Source: Candidatus Eiseniibacteriota bacterium (GTDB lineage: Bacteria; Joyebacterota; Joyebacteria; Joyebacterales; Joyebacteraceae). From it: 38,279 bases of DNA. Of the stretch, positions 19,820-27,555 are shown one piece after another. Position numbers and translations under genes: made by a program. Each line of letters opens with the position of its first letter. The first letter of the stretch is position 1. The DNA lies in assembly GCA_043819135.1 (NCBI GenBank), contig JBDRFG010000063.1, positions 1 through 38,279 on the forward strand, written 5' to 3'. The notes below the pieces were generated by a model. It had not been told where the DNA came from. It searched no databases and saw only the letters and a program-made list of their open reading frames with translations.

Positions 19820-19895
19820 CCCTTTGTTCTCTCCTCTCGGATCTACCACTGCGCCGGCTTGGGGCGGCTTTCCCTCCCGGTCGTCCGGGTGTCAA

Positions 19896-20729
19896 TCAGA
19901 TGCGCTCGACCGCCGCCACGACATCATCAACTATCCACTGCGGCGTCGACGCTCCTCCGGTAATGCCTGCTTCCTTCTTCCCCTCGAACCACCCAGGCTC
20001 GAGTTCGTTTGCCGTCTCTATGTGGTAGGCGTCGCAGCCCGCATCTCTGCAGAGTTCCCACAGACGCCTTGTGTTTGCGCTGTTCCTTCCGCCGACGACA
20101 AGCATGACGTCGACCCTTCGCGCCACCTCAAGCGCGCTCTCCTGACGGTCGAAGGTCGCCTCGCAGATCGTGTTGAACACCTTGATCTCCCGTGTCTGAG
20201 ACAGAAGATCCTGGACGACCGCCGAGAGATGCTCCTGCGGCTGCGTCGTCTGACACACGACGCCGTACCGCTTCGCCCTCGGCAGCTCGGGCAGCTCCGC
20301 CGTTCCATCGACCACCGTCGCACGTCCCTTGAGGCTTCCGGTGATGGACAGCACCTCCGGATGGTCCTCCTCCCCGACTACCACGACGGCATGCCCCTCC
20401 CTCTCGAGCTGGGCGGCGCGCTCCTGCGCCTGTTTCACGAACGGGCAGGTTGCGTCGACTATCGTCATGCCCTTCGCCTCGGCCTTGGCCAGCACGCTTC
20501 GCGGCAGCCCGTGCGAACGGACGACCAGAGTGCCTCCCTCGATCTCGTCCAGGTCTCTGACGACGCGGAGACCCTCCTCCTCGAGTTTCGCGACCACCTG
20601 AGGGTTGTGGATGATGGCCCCGAGAGTCACTACCGTGCCGTCGCCCTCGCGGGCGGCCTCGAAAGCCATCTTGAGGGCACGCTTCACCCCGAAGCAGAAA
20701 CCCGCTCCTTCGGCAACGATCGCCTTCAC
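19896..20729 (-). CDS. ispH: 4-hydroxy-3-methylbut-2-enyl diphosphate reductase
   Basis: GFCFGVKRA, IIHN, SHG, DATCPFV, HPEV, QTT, NTICEAT, SANT, GASTP. Confidence 0.96.
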   Translation of the reverse strand: MKAIVAEGAGFCFGVKRALKMAFEAAREGDGTVVTLGAIIHNPQVVAKLEEEGLRVVRDLDEIEGGTLVVRSHGLPRSVLAKAEAKGMTIVDATCPFVKQAQERAAQLEREGHAVVVVGEEDHPEVLSITGSLKGRATVVDGTAELPELPRAKRYGVVCQTTQPQEHLSAVVQDLLSQTREIKVFNTICEATFDRQESALEVARRVDVMLVVGGRNSANTRRLWELCRDAGCDAYHIETANELEPGWFEGKKEAGITGGASTPQWIVDDVVAAVERI

Positions 20730-21331
20730 CGCCCGTCCACCTCCAGCTTCAGCCGTCGTATCTCGTCCGCGACCCTGTGCGAGAAGGCGCGGTACTCGTC
20801 GCTCGAGTTCGCTCTTTCCGCAACGAGCGGCGTTCCGAACGCCACCTCCACTCCCCTTCCGCGCACGAAGGCGCGGGAGAGCGCGTTGGACCCTTTGATG
20901 TACGCCGGCACGACCGGCGCTTCGTTCATGCAGGCTATGAAGCCCACTCCCGACTTCGGGTCGCCCATCTCACCACTTCCGTCCCTCGTCCCGCCGGGGA
21001 ACATCAGAAGGACCTTGCCGTTCCTGAGCACCTCGGAGGCCGCTCTGAGTGCATTCCGGTCGAGCACGCCGCGCCTTATCGGCAGAGCGTTGTAGGCTCT
21101 GATCACCACGGCCAGGAGGGGATTCCTGAACAGCTCCTCCTTGGCCATGAAGTGGACCTCGCGTGGGCAACCCGCCCCGAGCAGGATGGGGTCCCAGTTC
21201 GAGACGTGATTGCTCGCGATGATGACAGGTCCTGCCTTCGGGATCGCGTCGACACCGCTTCTTCTGAAGCCCCACAAGATCCGTGAGAACGTGAGCGCGA
21301 AGATCCAGCTCAACCGATAGTGAAGCTTCAC
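20726..21331 (-). CDS. plsC: 1-acyl-sn-glycerol-3-phosphate acyltransferase (PlsC family)
   Basis: NHVSNWD (HX4D), FMAKEELF, FPGGTR; coupled to cmk and ispH by 4-nt overlaps. Confidence 0.88.
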   Translation of the reverse strand: MKLHYRLSWIFALTFSRILWGFRRSGVDAIPKAGPVIIASNHVSNWDPILLGAGCPREVHFMAKEELFRNPLLAVVIRAYNALPIRRGVLDRNALRAASEVLRNGKVLLMFPGGTRDGSGEMGDPKSGVGFIACMNEAPVVPAYIKGSNALSRAFVRGRGVEVAFGTPLVAERANSSDEYRAFSHRVADEIRRLKLEVDGR

Positions 21332-22053
21332 CTGCGCCTCACCTCGCGTTCGCCGGGCGGGACAGCGCCCCTCGCGACCGCAAGGTCGACCACTCTGTCG
21401 ACCTGCTGTTCTATTGTCATCGAGGTCGTATCGATCTCCACCGCATCGTCGGCCTTCGAGAGCGGGCTGTCGGCTCTCGTGGAGTCCCGCCTGTCGCGCT
21501 CGGCGATGCTCTCCATGATCTCGCGCAGAAACTGCTCGGCGTCGCCTCCCTCGCCTTCGGCATCGGTCGCCTCCCGCTGCGCGACCGATTGCTCGAAGCG
21601 CCTTCTTGCCCGCTCTTCGAGTGACGCGACCAGAAACACCTTGAGGTCGGCGTCCGGGAACACGACGGTCCCGATGTCGCGGCCCTCCATCACGCAGCTC
21701 TCGCGGTGTCCTATCTCCCGTTGCTGCGCGACGAGCGCCCGACGCACCTCCGGCACCGTCGACATGAGCGACGCGGCGCCGCTGACGTCGTCCGCGCGGA
21801 TCTCATCCGTCACGTCCTCGCCGTCGAGCAGGATCGGACCCCGTCCTCGCCCGGTGAGCTCTATCGAGGCCTCGCGCGCCACTTCTCCCAGGCGGTCGTG
21901 GTCGCTCATCGGGACCGAGAGCCTGACCGCGTTGAGCGCGGCGGCACGGTACATGGCCCCGCTGTCTATGTACGTAAACCCAAGCCTATCCGCTACCAGC
22001 TTGGCGGTCGTGCTCTTGCCAGAGGCAGCCGGCCCGTCGACAGCTATAATCAG
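21328..22053 (-). CDS. cmk: cytidylate kinase (inferred non-canonical CTG start)
   Basis: The frame extends upstream of the ORF-track Met to (M)IIAVDGPAASGKSTTAK..YIDSGAMYRA; EGRDIGTVVFPDA and ERDRRDSTR are present. Confidence 0.93.
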   Translation of the reverse strand: MIIAVDGPAASGKSTTAKLVADRLGFTYIDSGAMYRAAALNAVRLSVPMSDHDRLGEVAREASIELTGRGRGPILLDGEDVTDEIRADDVSGAASLMSTVPEVRRALVAQQREIGHRESCVMEGRDIGTVVFPDADLKVFLVASLEERARRRFEQSVAQREATDAEGEGGDAEQFLREIMESIAERDRRDSTRADSPLSKADDAVEIDTTSMTIEQQVDRVVDLAVARGAVPPGEREVRRR

Positions 22054-22137
22054 GCTTGTTACCCTCGTTCGAGATGAGAGGATGGGGTTAGAGGTCTGCC
22101 CAGTTGGTATCCTCGAGCCTTCACACTTTGACTGATG

Positions 22138-22166
22138 ATTATAGTCCGGCGGGTGGGGTCGGGCAA
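22138..22166 (-). promoter_or_regulatory. sigma70-type promoter for cmk-plsC-ispH-rpsA
   Basis: TTGCCC-N17-TATAAT just downstream of the rluB stop. Confidence 0.75.
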
Positions 22167-22176
22167 GCGTTTTTGC

Positions 22177-22902
22177 TCACTCAGGGGCCATCTCCAGCGC
22201 TTCCCGCAGCGCTCGGAGCTCGCCGGCCCCCAGGCACCTCCATTGCCCTGAGGGCAGGTCGCCGAGTTCCACGGGCCCCACGCGCGTTCTCCGCAGTCCG
22301 GTGACCGGGTGCCCCACCAGCTCGAACATCCGGCGCACCTGCCTCTTCCGCCCCTCGTGGATCGTTATTTCAGCAAGGGTCGTGTCCCGTTCCGTGCTCA
22401 GAATGAGCACGGTCGCGGGCGAGGTCGGGCGCCCGTCCAGCGTCACGCCCTCCTCCAGCCATCTGCGCTCCTCATTCGAGAGGACGCCCCGTGCCTTGAC
22501 CTCGTAGACCTTGTCGATCTCGAACGACGGGTGGGCGATGCGGTGCGCCAGTTCACCGTCGTCGGTGAGGATCAGGAGGCCCTCGGTACCCGCGTCGAGC
22601 CGTCCCACGGGCACGACCCCGGCCGCAACGCCGCCGACAAGATCCGCCACGGTCCTGCGCCCGTGCGGGTCGGACATGGTTACGACGACGCCCGGCGGCT
22701 TGTTCAGAGCTATGTAGGTAAGAGACTCAGGAAGGGTAACGACGACTCCGTCCAGCTCGACACGGTCGCGGTCGGAGTCCACTGTCGTGCCGAGCTGAGT
22801 GACCGTCTCGCCGTTCAGACGCACTCGGCCCGCCTCTACCAGCGCGTCCGCGCCCCGGCGTGACACGACGCCTGCCCTCGCGAGGAATCGGTTAATCCTC
22901 AT
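22177..22902 (-). CDS. rluB: rRNA pseudouridine synthase (RluB/RsuA family)
   Basis: MRINRFLARAG S4 domain, LNKPPG, VGRLDAGTEGLLILT, EGRKRQVRRM. Start at 22902 overlaps the scpB end. Confidence 0.9.
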   Translation of the reverse strand: MRINRFLARAGVVSRRGADALVEAGRVRLNGETVTQLGTTVDSDRDRVELDGVVVTLPESLTYIALNKPPGVVVTMSDPHGRRTVADLVGGVAAGVVPVGRLDAGTEGLLILTDDGELAHRIAHPSFEIDKVYEVKARGVLSNEERRWLEEGVTLDGRPTSPATVLILSTERDTTLAEITIHEGRKRQVRRMFELVGHPVTGLRRTRVGPVELGDLPSGQWRCLGAGELRALREALEMAPE

Positions 22903-23683
22903 CGATCTCATCAATAAGGCGGCGGTCGTCGAGCGCGTGAGGGTTGCCGTGCGCGGGAATCCGTTGACGTTTGTCCGGGTCCGCCGTCCCGTCCTCGACT
23001 GCCTCGGCAGCCGCGAGTCCATCCGGTTCGTGCAGGACGGGCACGCCCTCACACATCTCGTCTTCGGGCGGTGGCGGGCTCTCGACGTCTTCGCCGGTCA
23101 CCTCGGCGACCGATTCGGCTCCTTCGATGACCAGCTCCAGCTCTCCGGGCTTGAGGCCCAGGACCTCGGCGAACTCCTCGAGCCTCGGGAGGTCCGTCAC
23201 GAAGTTGAGACCGAAGTACCGCAGGAACTCCTTCGTCGTTCTGTACATGAGCGCGCGACCCATTCCGGGGGCGCGCCCCGCTATCGTGATGAGATCCCGT
23301 CTCATGAGAGTGGCGAGGACCCCGCTCGAGTCGACGCCCCTGATGATCTCTACCTCGGCCCTGACGATGGGTTGCTTGTACGCGACGATCGCGAGAGTCT
23401 CGAGAGCGGCCTGGCTCAACCGCGTCGCGATCCTCCCCTTGTGAAGCTCACGTACCCACTTGGAGTATTCGGGGCGGCAGTATATCTGCCATCCTCCCGC
23501 TACCTCCGACAGGGCGTACGGTCGCTCCTCCGAGTCGTACTGCTCGGCGAGTTCCTTCAGAGCCTCTCTTATCTCGCGCCGCTCAGCTTCTTCGACGATG
23601 GCGGTCATCCTGTCCATCGGCACCGATGAATCCGCCGCGAACAGAACCGCCTCCACGATCTTCTTGACGTCCAGGTCGGCCAC
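22892..23683 (-). CDS. scpB: SMC-Scp complex subunit ScpB
   Basis: VEAVLFA, LSQAALETLAIVAYKQP, RGVDS, YRTTKEFLRYFGL..LP; acidic tail. Confidence 0.95.
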   Translation of the reverse strand: MADLDVKKIVEAVLFAADSSVPMDRMTAIVEEAERREIREALKELAEQYDSEERPYALSEVAGGWQIYCRPEYSKWVRELHKGRIATRLSQAALETLAIVAYKQPIVRAEVEIIRGVDSSGVLATLMRRDLITIAGRAPGMGRALMYRTTKEFLRYFGLNFVTDLPRLEEFAEVLGLKPGELELVIEGAESVAEVTGEDVESPPPPEDEMCEGVPVLHEPDGLAAAEAVEDGTADPDKRQRIPAHGNPHALDDRRLIDEIDED

Positions 23684-23685
23684 GG

Positions 23686-25917
23686 CTACTCCTCCACTCT
23701 CGCCTCTATCTCGATGTCTCCGAAGTTCCGTTTCTGCAAGGCCCTCACCTCGCCGAGCCTGATGAGCTCGAGCAACGCGATGAAGGTGGCGATTATCTCG
23801 ATGCGGCCTGCACCCGCGCCGAATGCGTCGGCGAACGGAATGGAGCCGCGCTTCGAGATGATGCTCCTGATCCGGTGGATCTGCTCTTCGACCGTGAACT
23901 CTTCCATGTCGACCGAGTGAACGTCGACGCGTTCGGGAACGCGCGACAGCACCTCGCGCAGTCCGTCGACCAGATCGAAGAGGGTGACGTCGCGCAGGAA
24001 GTCCTCTATGTCAACTTCCTCCTCGACGTCCAAGTAGCTCTTCGGGTCGACTCCCCTCGGGAAATACTGCCGTCGTTCTTCTTCCTTGCCGGACAGCGTG
24101 GTCGCGACTTCCTTGAACTGCTTGTATTCGACCAGCTTCCGGACGAGCTGCTCGCGCGGGTCTTCCTCTTCCTCGGTCCCGTCGATTTCCTTCGGGAGGA
24201 GCATCTGGACCTTGACCCGTATCAGCGTGGCGGCCATCTCCAGGAACTCGCCCGCGAGCGCCAGGTCCACCGATTCCATGAAGTTGATGTATTCGAGGTA
24301 CTGCTCTGTGATGGTGGCTATCGGAATGTCGTAGATGTCGATCTCGTGCTCGCGTATCAGGTGCAGCAGGAGGTCGAGGGGGCCCTCGAACGCGTCGAGA
24401 CGCACCTCGTACACCGGGCGTCGCACCGGCTGCAGTCTCTCAGCGGCATCGGGCTCCGAATCGGGCTCGACGGCCTCCGGTTCCGCGCGCGGCGCCTCAG
24501 CTGCAGCCGGGGCCGTATCGGCGGCTGTCTGCTCTTCGAGCAGTTCCTTGTGGACCATCTCGCGCGCCTCGGGATCTTGATCGTCTGCTGTGGGATCGAC
24601 TGGGACGCTATCAGTTCCCGCTCCGTGCGTCAAGGTTTCCGCCAGGCTTCGAGCAAGCGCCTTCTCCTCGTCCTCGGACGATACCCCGCCGTCAAGACGG
24701 GCGTCGAGGAGAGCGCCCAGGATCTCTCCGACCGCCTTCCCCTCCGGGACGCCGAGCCCCGCGAGGTCGTCGCCGGTCAGCGCCGTCGAGGTCCCGGCGA
24801 GCCGTGTCGTGTAGAGCGCGACTCGCGCCGCGACGGCCGTGTCCGGAGCAGCGGCGCGTGCAAGAAGCAGCGTCTCAGCGGAGAAGCGCCTCAGCAGCCC
24901 GTAGATGCGGCTCGGGAGCGGATCCTCGTCCGACGAGAGCACGGGCAGCACGTCGCGCTCAAAGTCGGCCAGCTCAGCCACGAGTGCGCGGACGCGCCGC
25001 CCCGCGGCCAGTCGCTCGACCACTCGGCCCCGCAGGTCGGTCTTCAGAGGCTGGAGCAGTGCCCCCAACAGTGTGATCCAGCGCTCGGGTGCGGGCTCAA
25101 CGGTTTCGTCGCGCGTGGACAGCAGCCGGTCGATCTCCACTATCGTCGCTCGAACGGACTTCGGGACCTCCCAGCCCTCCACCATGGAGGAGAGAATGCC
25201 CCAGTCGATCAGACGGAAGACGGGTGGCCACGGGTCGTCCTCTCCCAGAATGAGTTCGAGTTCGTTGAGAAGCCTCTCCCCGCTTACCGTGTCAGTGCGC
25301 CGCTCGGACACGGCCCGCCTGAGCAGGGCCTCGGTGCCGGTCTCGATGGACAGCCCGAAGCGAGCGCTGAACCTGACGCCCCTGAGGATCCTGGTGGGGT
25401 CGTCCTCAAAGCTCGCGTCCGTCAGCACGCGGAGGATCCCGTTCTCCAGGTCGGCGCGGCCGTCGAACGGGTCGAGGAGGTTCCCGAACCCGTCCGCGTT
25501 CAGCACGATGGCCATCGAGTTCACTGTGAAATCCCGGCGCCTGAGATCGCTCTCCATCGCTCCCGGAGTGACCGTGGGAAGCGCCCCGGAGCGCTCGTAC
25601 ACCTCGCTTCGCGCCGTCGCCACGTCTACCTTGCGTCCCCCGGGCAGCGTCAGGATTACCGTGCCGAACCTCGTGTGCGCCTTGACCGAACCTCCAAGCA
25701 GTTCAGCCGCCGTCTCTGCGAACCTTATGGCGTCACCCTCGACCACGACGTCAAGGTCGTAGTTGGGCAGCCCAAAGAAGAGGTCGCGCACGACCCCTCC
25801 GACGACGCACGCGATCATGCCCCGCTCGTCAGCAAGCATCCCGAGAGATCTCAGGAGTTCGAGTTCGGCTTCGGCGGTGTTCGACAGGAAGAGCTGTCTC
25901 GGGTCGTTTGCGGACAC
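23686..25917 (-). CDS. scpA: in-frame fusion: class II tRNA nucleotidyltransferase (A/CCA-adding type, N-terminal) + kleisin ScpA (C-terminal; own possible ATG at 24558)
   Basis: VGGVVRD..DLD, DVATAR, DLRRRDFTVN, EDDPTRILRGVRF; then an acidic linker; then FEGPLDLLLHLI..IDIYDIPI, EFLEMAATL, TFIALLELIR. No stop between the two parts. Confidence 0.88.
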   Translation of the reverse strand: MSANDPRQLFLSNTAEAELELLRSLGMLADERGMIACVVGGVVRDLFFGLPNYDLDVVVEGDAIRFAETAAELLGGSVKAHTRFGTVILTLPGGRKVDVATARSEVYERSGALPTVTPGAMESDLRRRDFTVNSMAIVLNADGFGNLLDPFDGRADLENGILRVLTDASFEDDPTRILRGVRFSARFGLSIETGTEALLRRAVSERRTDTVSGERLLNELELILGEDDPWPPVFRLIDWGILSSMVEGWEVPKSVRATIVEIDRLLSTRDETVEPAPERWITLLGALLQPLKTDLRGRVVERLAAGRRVRALVAELADFERDVLPVLSSDEDPLPSRIYGLLRRFSAETLLLARAAAPDTAVAARVALYTTRLAGTSTALTGDDLAGLGVPEGKAVGEILGALLDARLDGGVSSEDEEKALARSLAETLTHGAGTDSVPVDPTADDQDPEAREMVHKELLEEQTAADTAPAAAEAPRAEPEAVEPDSEPDAAERLQPVRRPVYEVRLDAFEGPLDLLLHLIREHEIDIYDIPIATITEQYLEYINFMESVDLALAGEFLEMAATLIRVKVQMLLPKEIDGTEEEEDPREQLVRKLVEYKQFKEVATTLSGKEEERRQYFPRGVDPKSYLDVEEEVDIEDFLRDVTLFDLVDGLREVLSRVPERVDVHSVDMEEFTVEEQIHRIRSIISKRGSIPFADAFGAGAGRIEIIATFIALLELIRLGEVRALQKRNFGDIEIEARVEE
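24605..24633 (-). promoter_or_regulatory. putative internal sigma70 promoter for scpA-scpB-rluB
   Basis: TTGACG-N17-TAGCGT with an extended TGn, in the linker of the fusion ORF. Confidence 0.5.
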
Positions 25918-25994
25918 TTGCTCTGCTCCAGTATCGAAGGTCTCGCTGTCTGTCGACGGCTGCCGGTCACTCTCGTGCCGCGTCCGGTGACTAC

Positions 25995-26885
25995 CTAACC
26001 CCTCGGGTGGAACGTCCGGTGGATCTCCTTGAGATACTCCCGGTCGACGCTGGTGTAGATCTGCGTTGTCGAGATGTCCGAGTGGCCCAGCATCTCCTGA
26101 ACCACCCTGAGATCGGCGCCGCCTTCCAGCATGTGTGTCGCGAACGAATGCCGCAGCGTGTGCGGTTTCACCCGGTCGCGCACACCTGCCCTGACCACGT
26201 GCTTCTGGAGTATCTTCCAGAAGCCCATTCTCGACAGCGGTCCCCCCCGGGCGTTCAGGAAGACCACGTCGGTGGCGGGCGCGCGAGCTGCCAGATCCGG
26301 CCGGACGTCGCGGCGATAGCGCGTCGTCCAGTCGATCGCCGCTTCGCCCACCGGCACTACCCTTTCTTTCGATCCCTTGCCCATGCAGCGCAGATAGCCG
26401 TCGTCGAAGAAGAGGCTGGACAGAGTCAGCGTGATCAGCTCGCTGACCCGGAGTCCCGCGCCGTAGGCTGTCTCGAGCATCGCTCGGTCCCTGATGCCCA
26501 GCGGCGTCGACGTGTCTACCGCCGTCAGGATGGCCTCGATCTCGTGAACCGCCAGCACGTCCGGGAGCTTCCTCTGGAACCTCGGGCCCTCCACCTCCAG
26601 CGTCGGATCAGTCGCGACCACGCCCTGCACGACCAGGTATCTGTGGAACCCGCGCAGACACGACAGGTTCCTTGCGATGCTCCTGGGGGACACGCCCTCG
26701 GCCAGCCTGTGGCCGGTGAAGTCGCTGACGTTCCGCGAACTCACCTCACCGGGCGAATCGACCTTCCGCGTCGCCAGGAACCGGGAGTACGCAGCGAGGT
26801 CGCCCCGGTACGAGGCGACCGTGCTCCGCGACAGACCTCGTTCGACCGACAGGTGGTCCAGATACTCGTCGATCATCTCCTCCAT
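25995..26885 (-). CDS. xerD: site-specific tyrosine recombinase XerD
   Basis: RDRAMLE..GLRVSEL, GKGSKER, HTLRHSFATH, LGHSDISTTQIYT, HPRG. Start uncertain (ATG 26885 or GTG 26930). Confidence 0.93.
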   Translation of the reverse strand: MEEMIDEYLDHLSVERGLSRSTVASYRGDLAAYSRFLATRKVDSPGEVSSRNVSDFTGHRLAEGVSPRSIARNLSCLRGFHRYLVVQGVVATDPTLEVEGPRFQRKLPDVLAVHEIEAILTAVDTSTPLGIRDRAMLETAYGAGLRVSELITLTLSSLFFDDGYLRCMGKGSKERVVPVGEAAIDWTTRYRRDVRPDLAARAPATDVVFLNARGGPLSRMGFWKILQKHVVRAGVRDRVKPHTLRHSFATHMLEGGADLRVVQEMLGHSDISTTQIYTSVDREYLKEIHRTFHPRG

Positions 26886-26904
26886 CGCCGTCGCGCGCCC
26901 GGTC

Positions 26905-27555
26905 TCAGCTCCGGCCCTTGCTGCCTTCACCGTCGCCGCCTTCCGATTCGAGCAGGAAGCGTATGCGTTCGCGCTCGGTCCGTTCGTCGCCTCTGAGAGC
27001 CAGGTCGATCTGGCCCGTCTCGATCTCGATCAGGCGGCGTTTCATGTCGGGACCGCCGCCGGAGTACCCTCCGAGCGAGCCGTCGCTGTTGACCACCCTG
27101 TGACAGGGTATGACTATTGGAAGCGGGTTCCGAGAGAGCGCCTGTCCGACCGGTCGGGTCGCCCTGGGCGCTCCCACCTCACCAGCCACCCACTTGTACG
27201 TTCGGAGCACGCCGTAGGGTATCTGTCTCACCACGTCGAGGACCCGACGGTTGAAGTCCGTGGTGCCGCTCAGGTCCACTTTGTGTTCCAGCGGCTCACG
27301 GCCGCCCGCGAGGTAGTTCCTGATGGAATCGACCGCTCTTCTCAGACGGATCCTGTCCTCGACGATCATGACCCGCTCGCCTCGCGTCTCGCGGGAGAGA
27401 GCGCGCTTCGCGTCCAGGCTCTTGCCGAACGCGACCATCCTGAGGCCCAGATCGCTTCCCGCGACCAGGAAGCACCCGATCTCCGTGTCGAACGTCACGT
27501 ATCGAAGGACCGGCAGCGTCGTCGCGTCCTCTTCAGGCTGAGGTACTATCACCAC
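26905..27555 (-). CDS. ogt: methylated-DNA-[protein]-cysteine S-methyltransferase
   Basis: IPYG..TY, RPVGQALSRNP, IPCHRVV, LGGYSGG; GTG start after AGGAGG inside the uvrC 3' end. Confidence 0.9.
   Translation of the reverse strand: MVIVPQPEEDATTLPVLRYVTFDTEIGCFLVAGSDLGLRMVAFGKSLDAKRALSRETRGERVMIVEDRIRLRRAVDSIRNYLAGGREPLEHKVDLSGTTDFNRRVLDVVRQIPYGVLRTYKWVAGEVGAPRATRPVGQALSRNPLPIVIPCHRVVNSDGSLGGYSGGGPDMKRRLIEIETGQIDLALRGDERTERERIRFLLESEGGDGEGSKGRS

Noticed and set aside
19850..19895. TTGACA and a CCCGG-ACGA-CCGGG hairpin before rpsA as a promoter or S1 autoregulatory leader
   Set aside because: No -10 box at the proper spacing, and too little structure to support a call.
22054..22179. rluB-cmk stop-codon readthrough fusion (the two genes are in the same frame)
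   Set aside because: The intervening DNA holds a near-consensus promoter and an SD-CTG start, which is a simpler explanation; no recoding signal is evident.
23875..25998. 707-aa plus-strand ORF, and similar long antisense ORFs at 1341-2795, 14315-15607, 16114-17928, 19518-21095 and 5650-6825
   Set aside because: They are shadows of well-supported genes on the opposite strand, expected from high-GC codon bias, and have no recognisable motifs.
25995..26930. Tyrosine recombinase as a prophage or island integrase
   Set aside because: Size, motifs and the scpAB context fit housekeeping XerD; no att sites or cargo.
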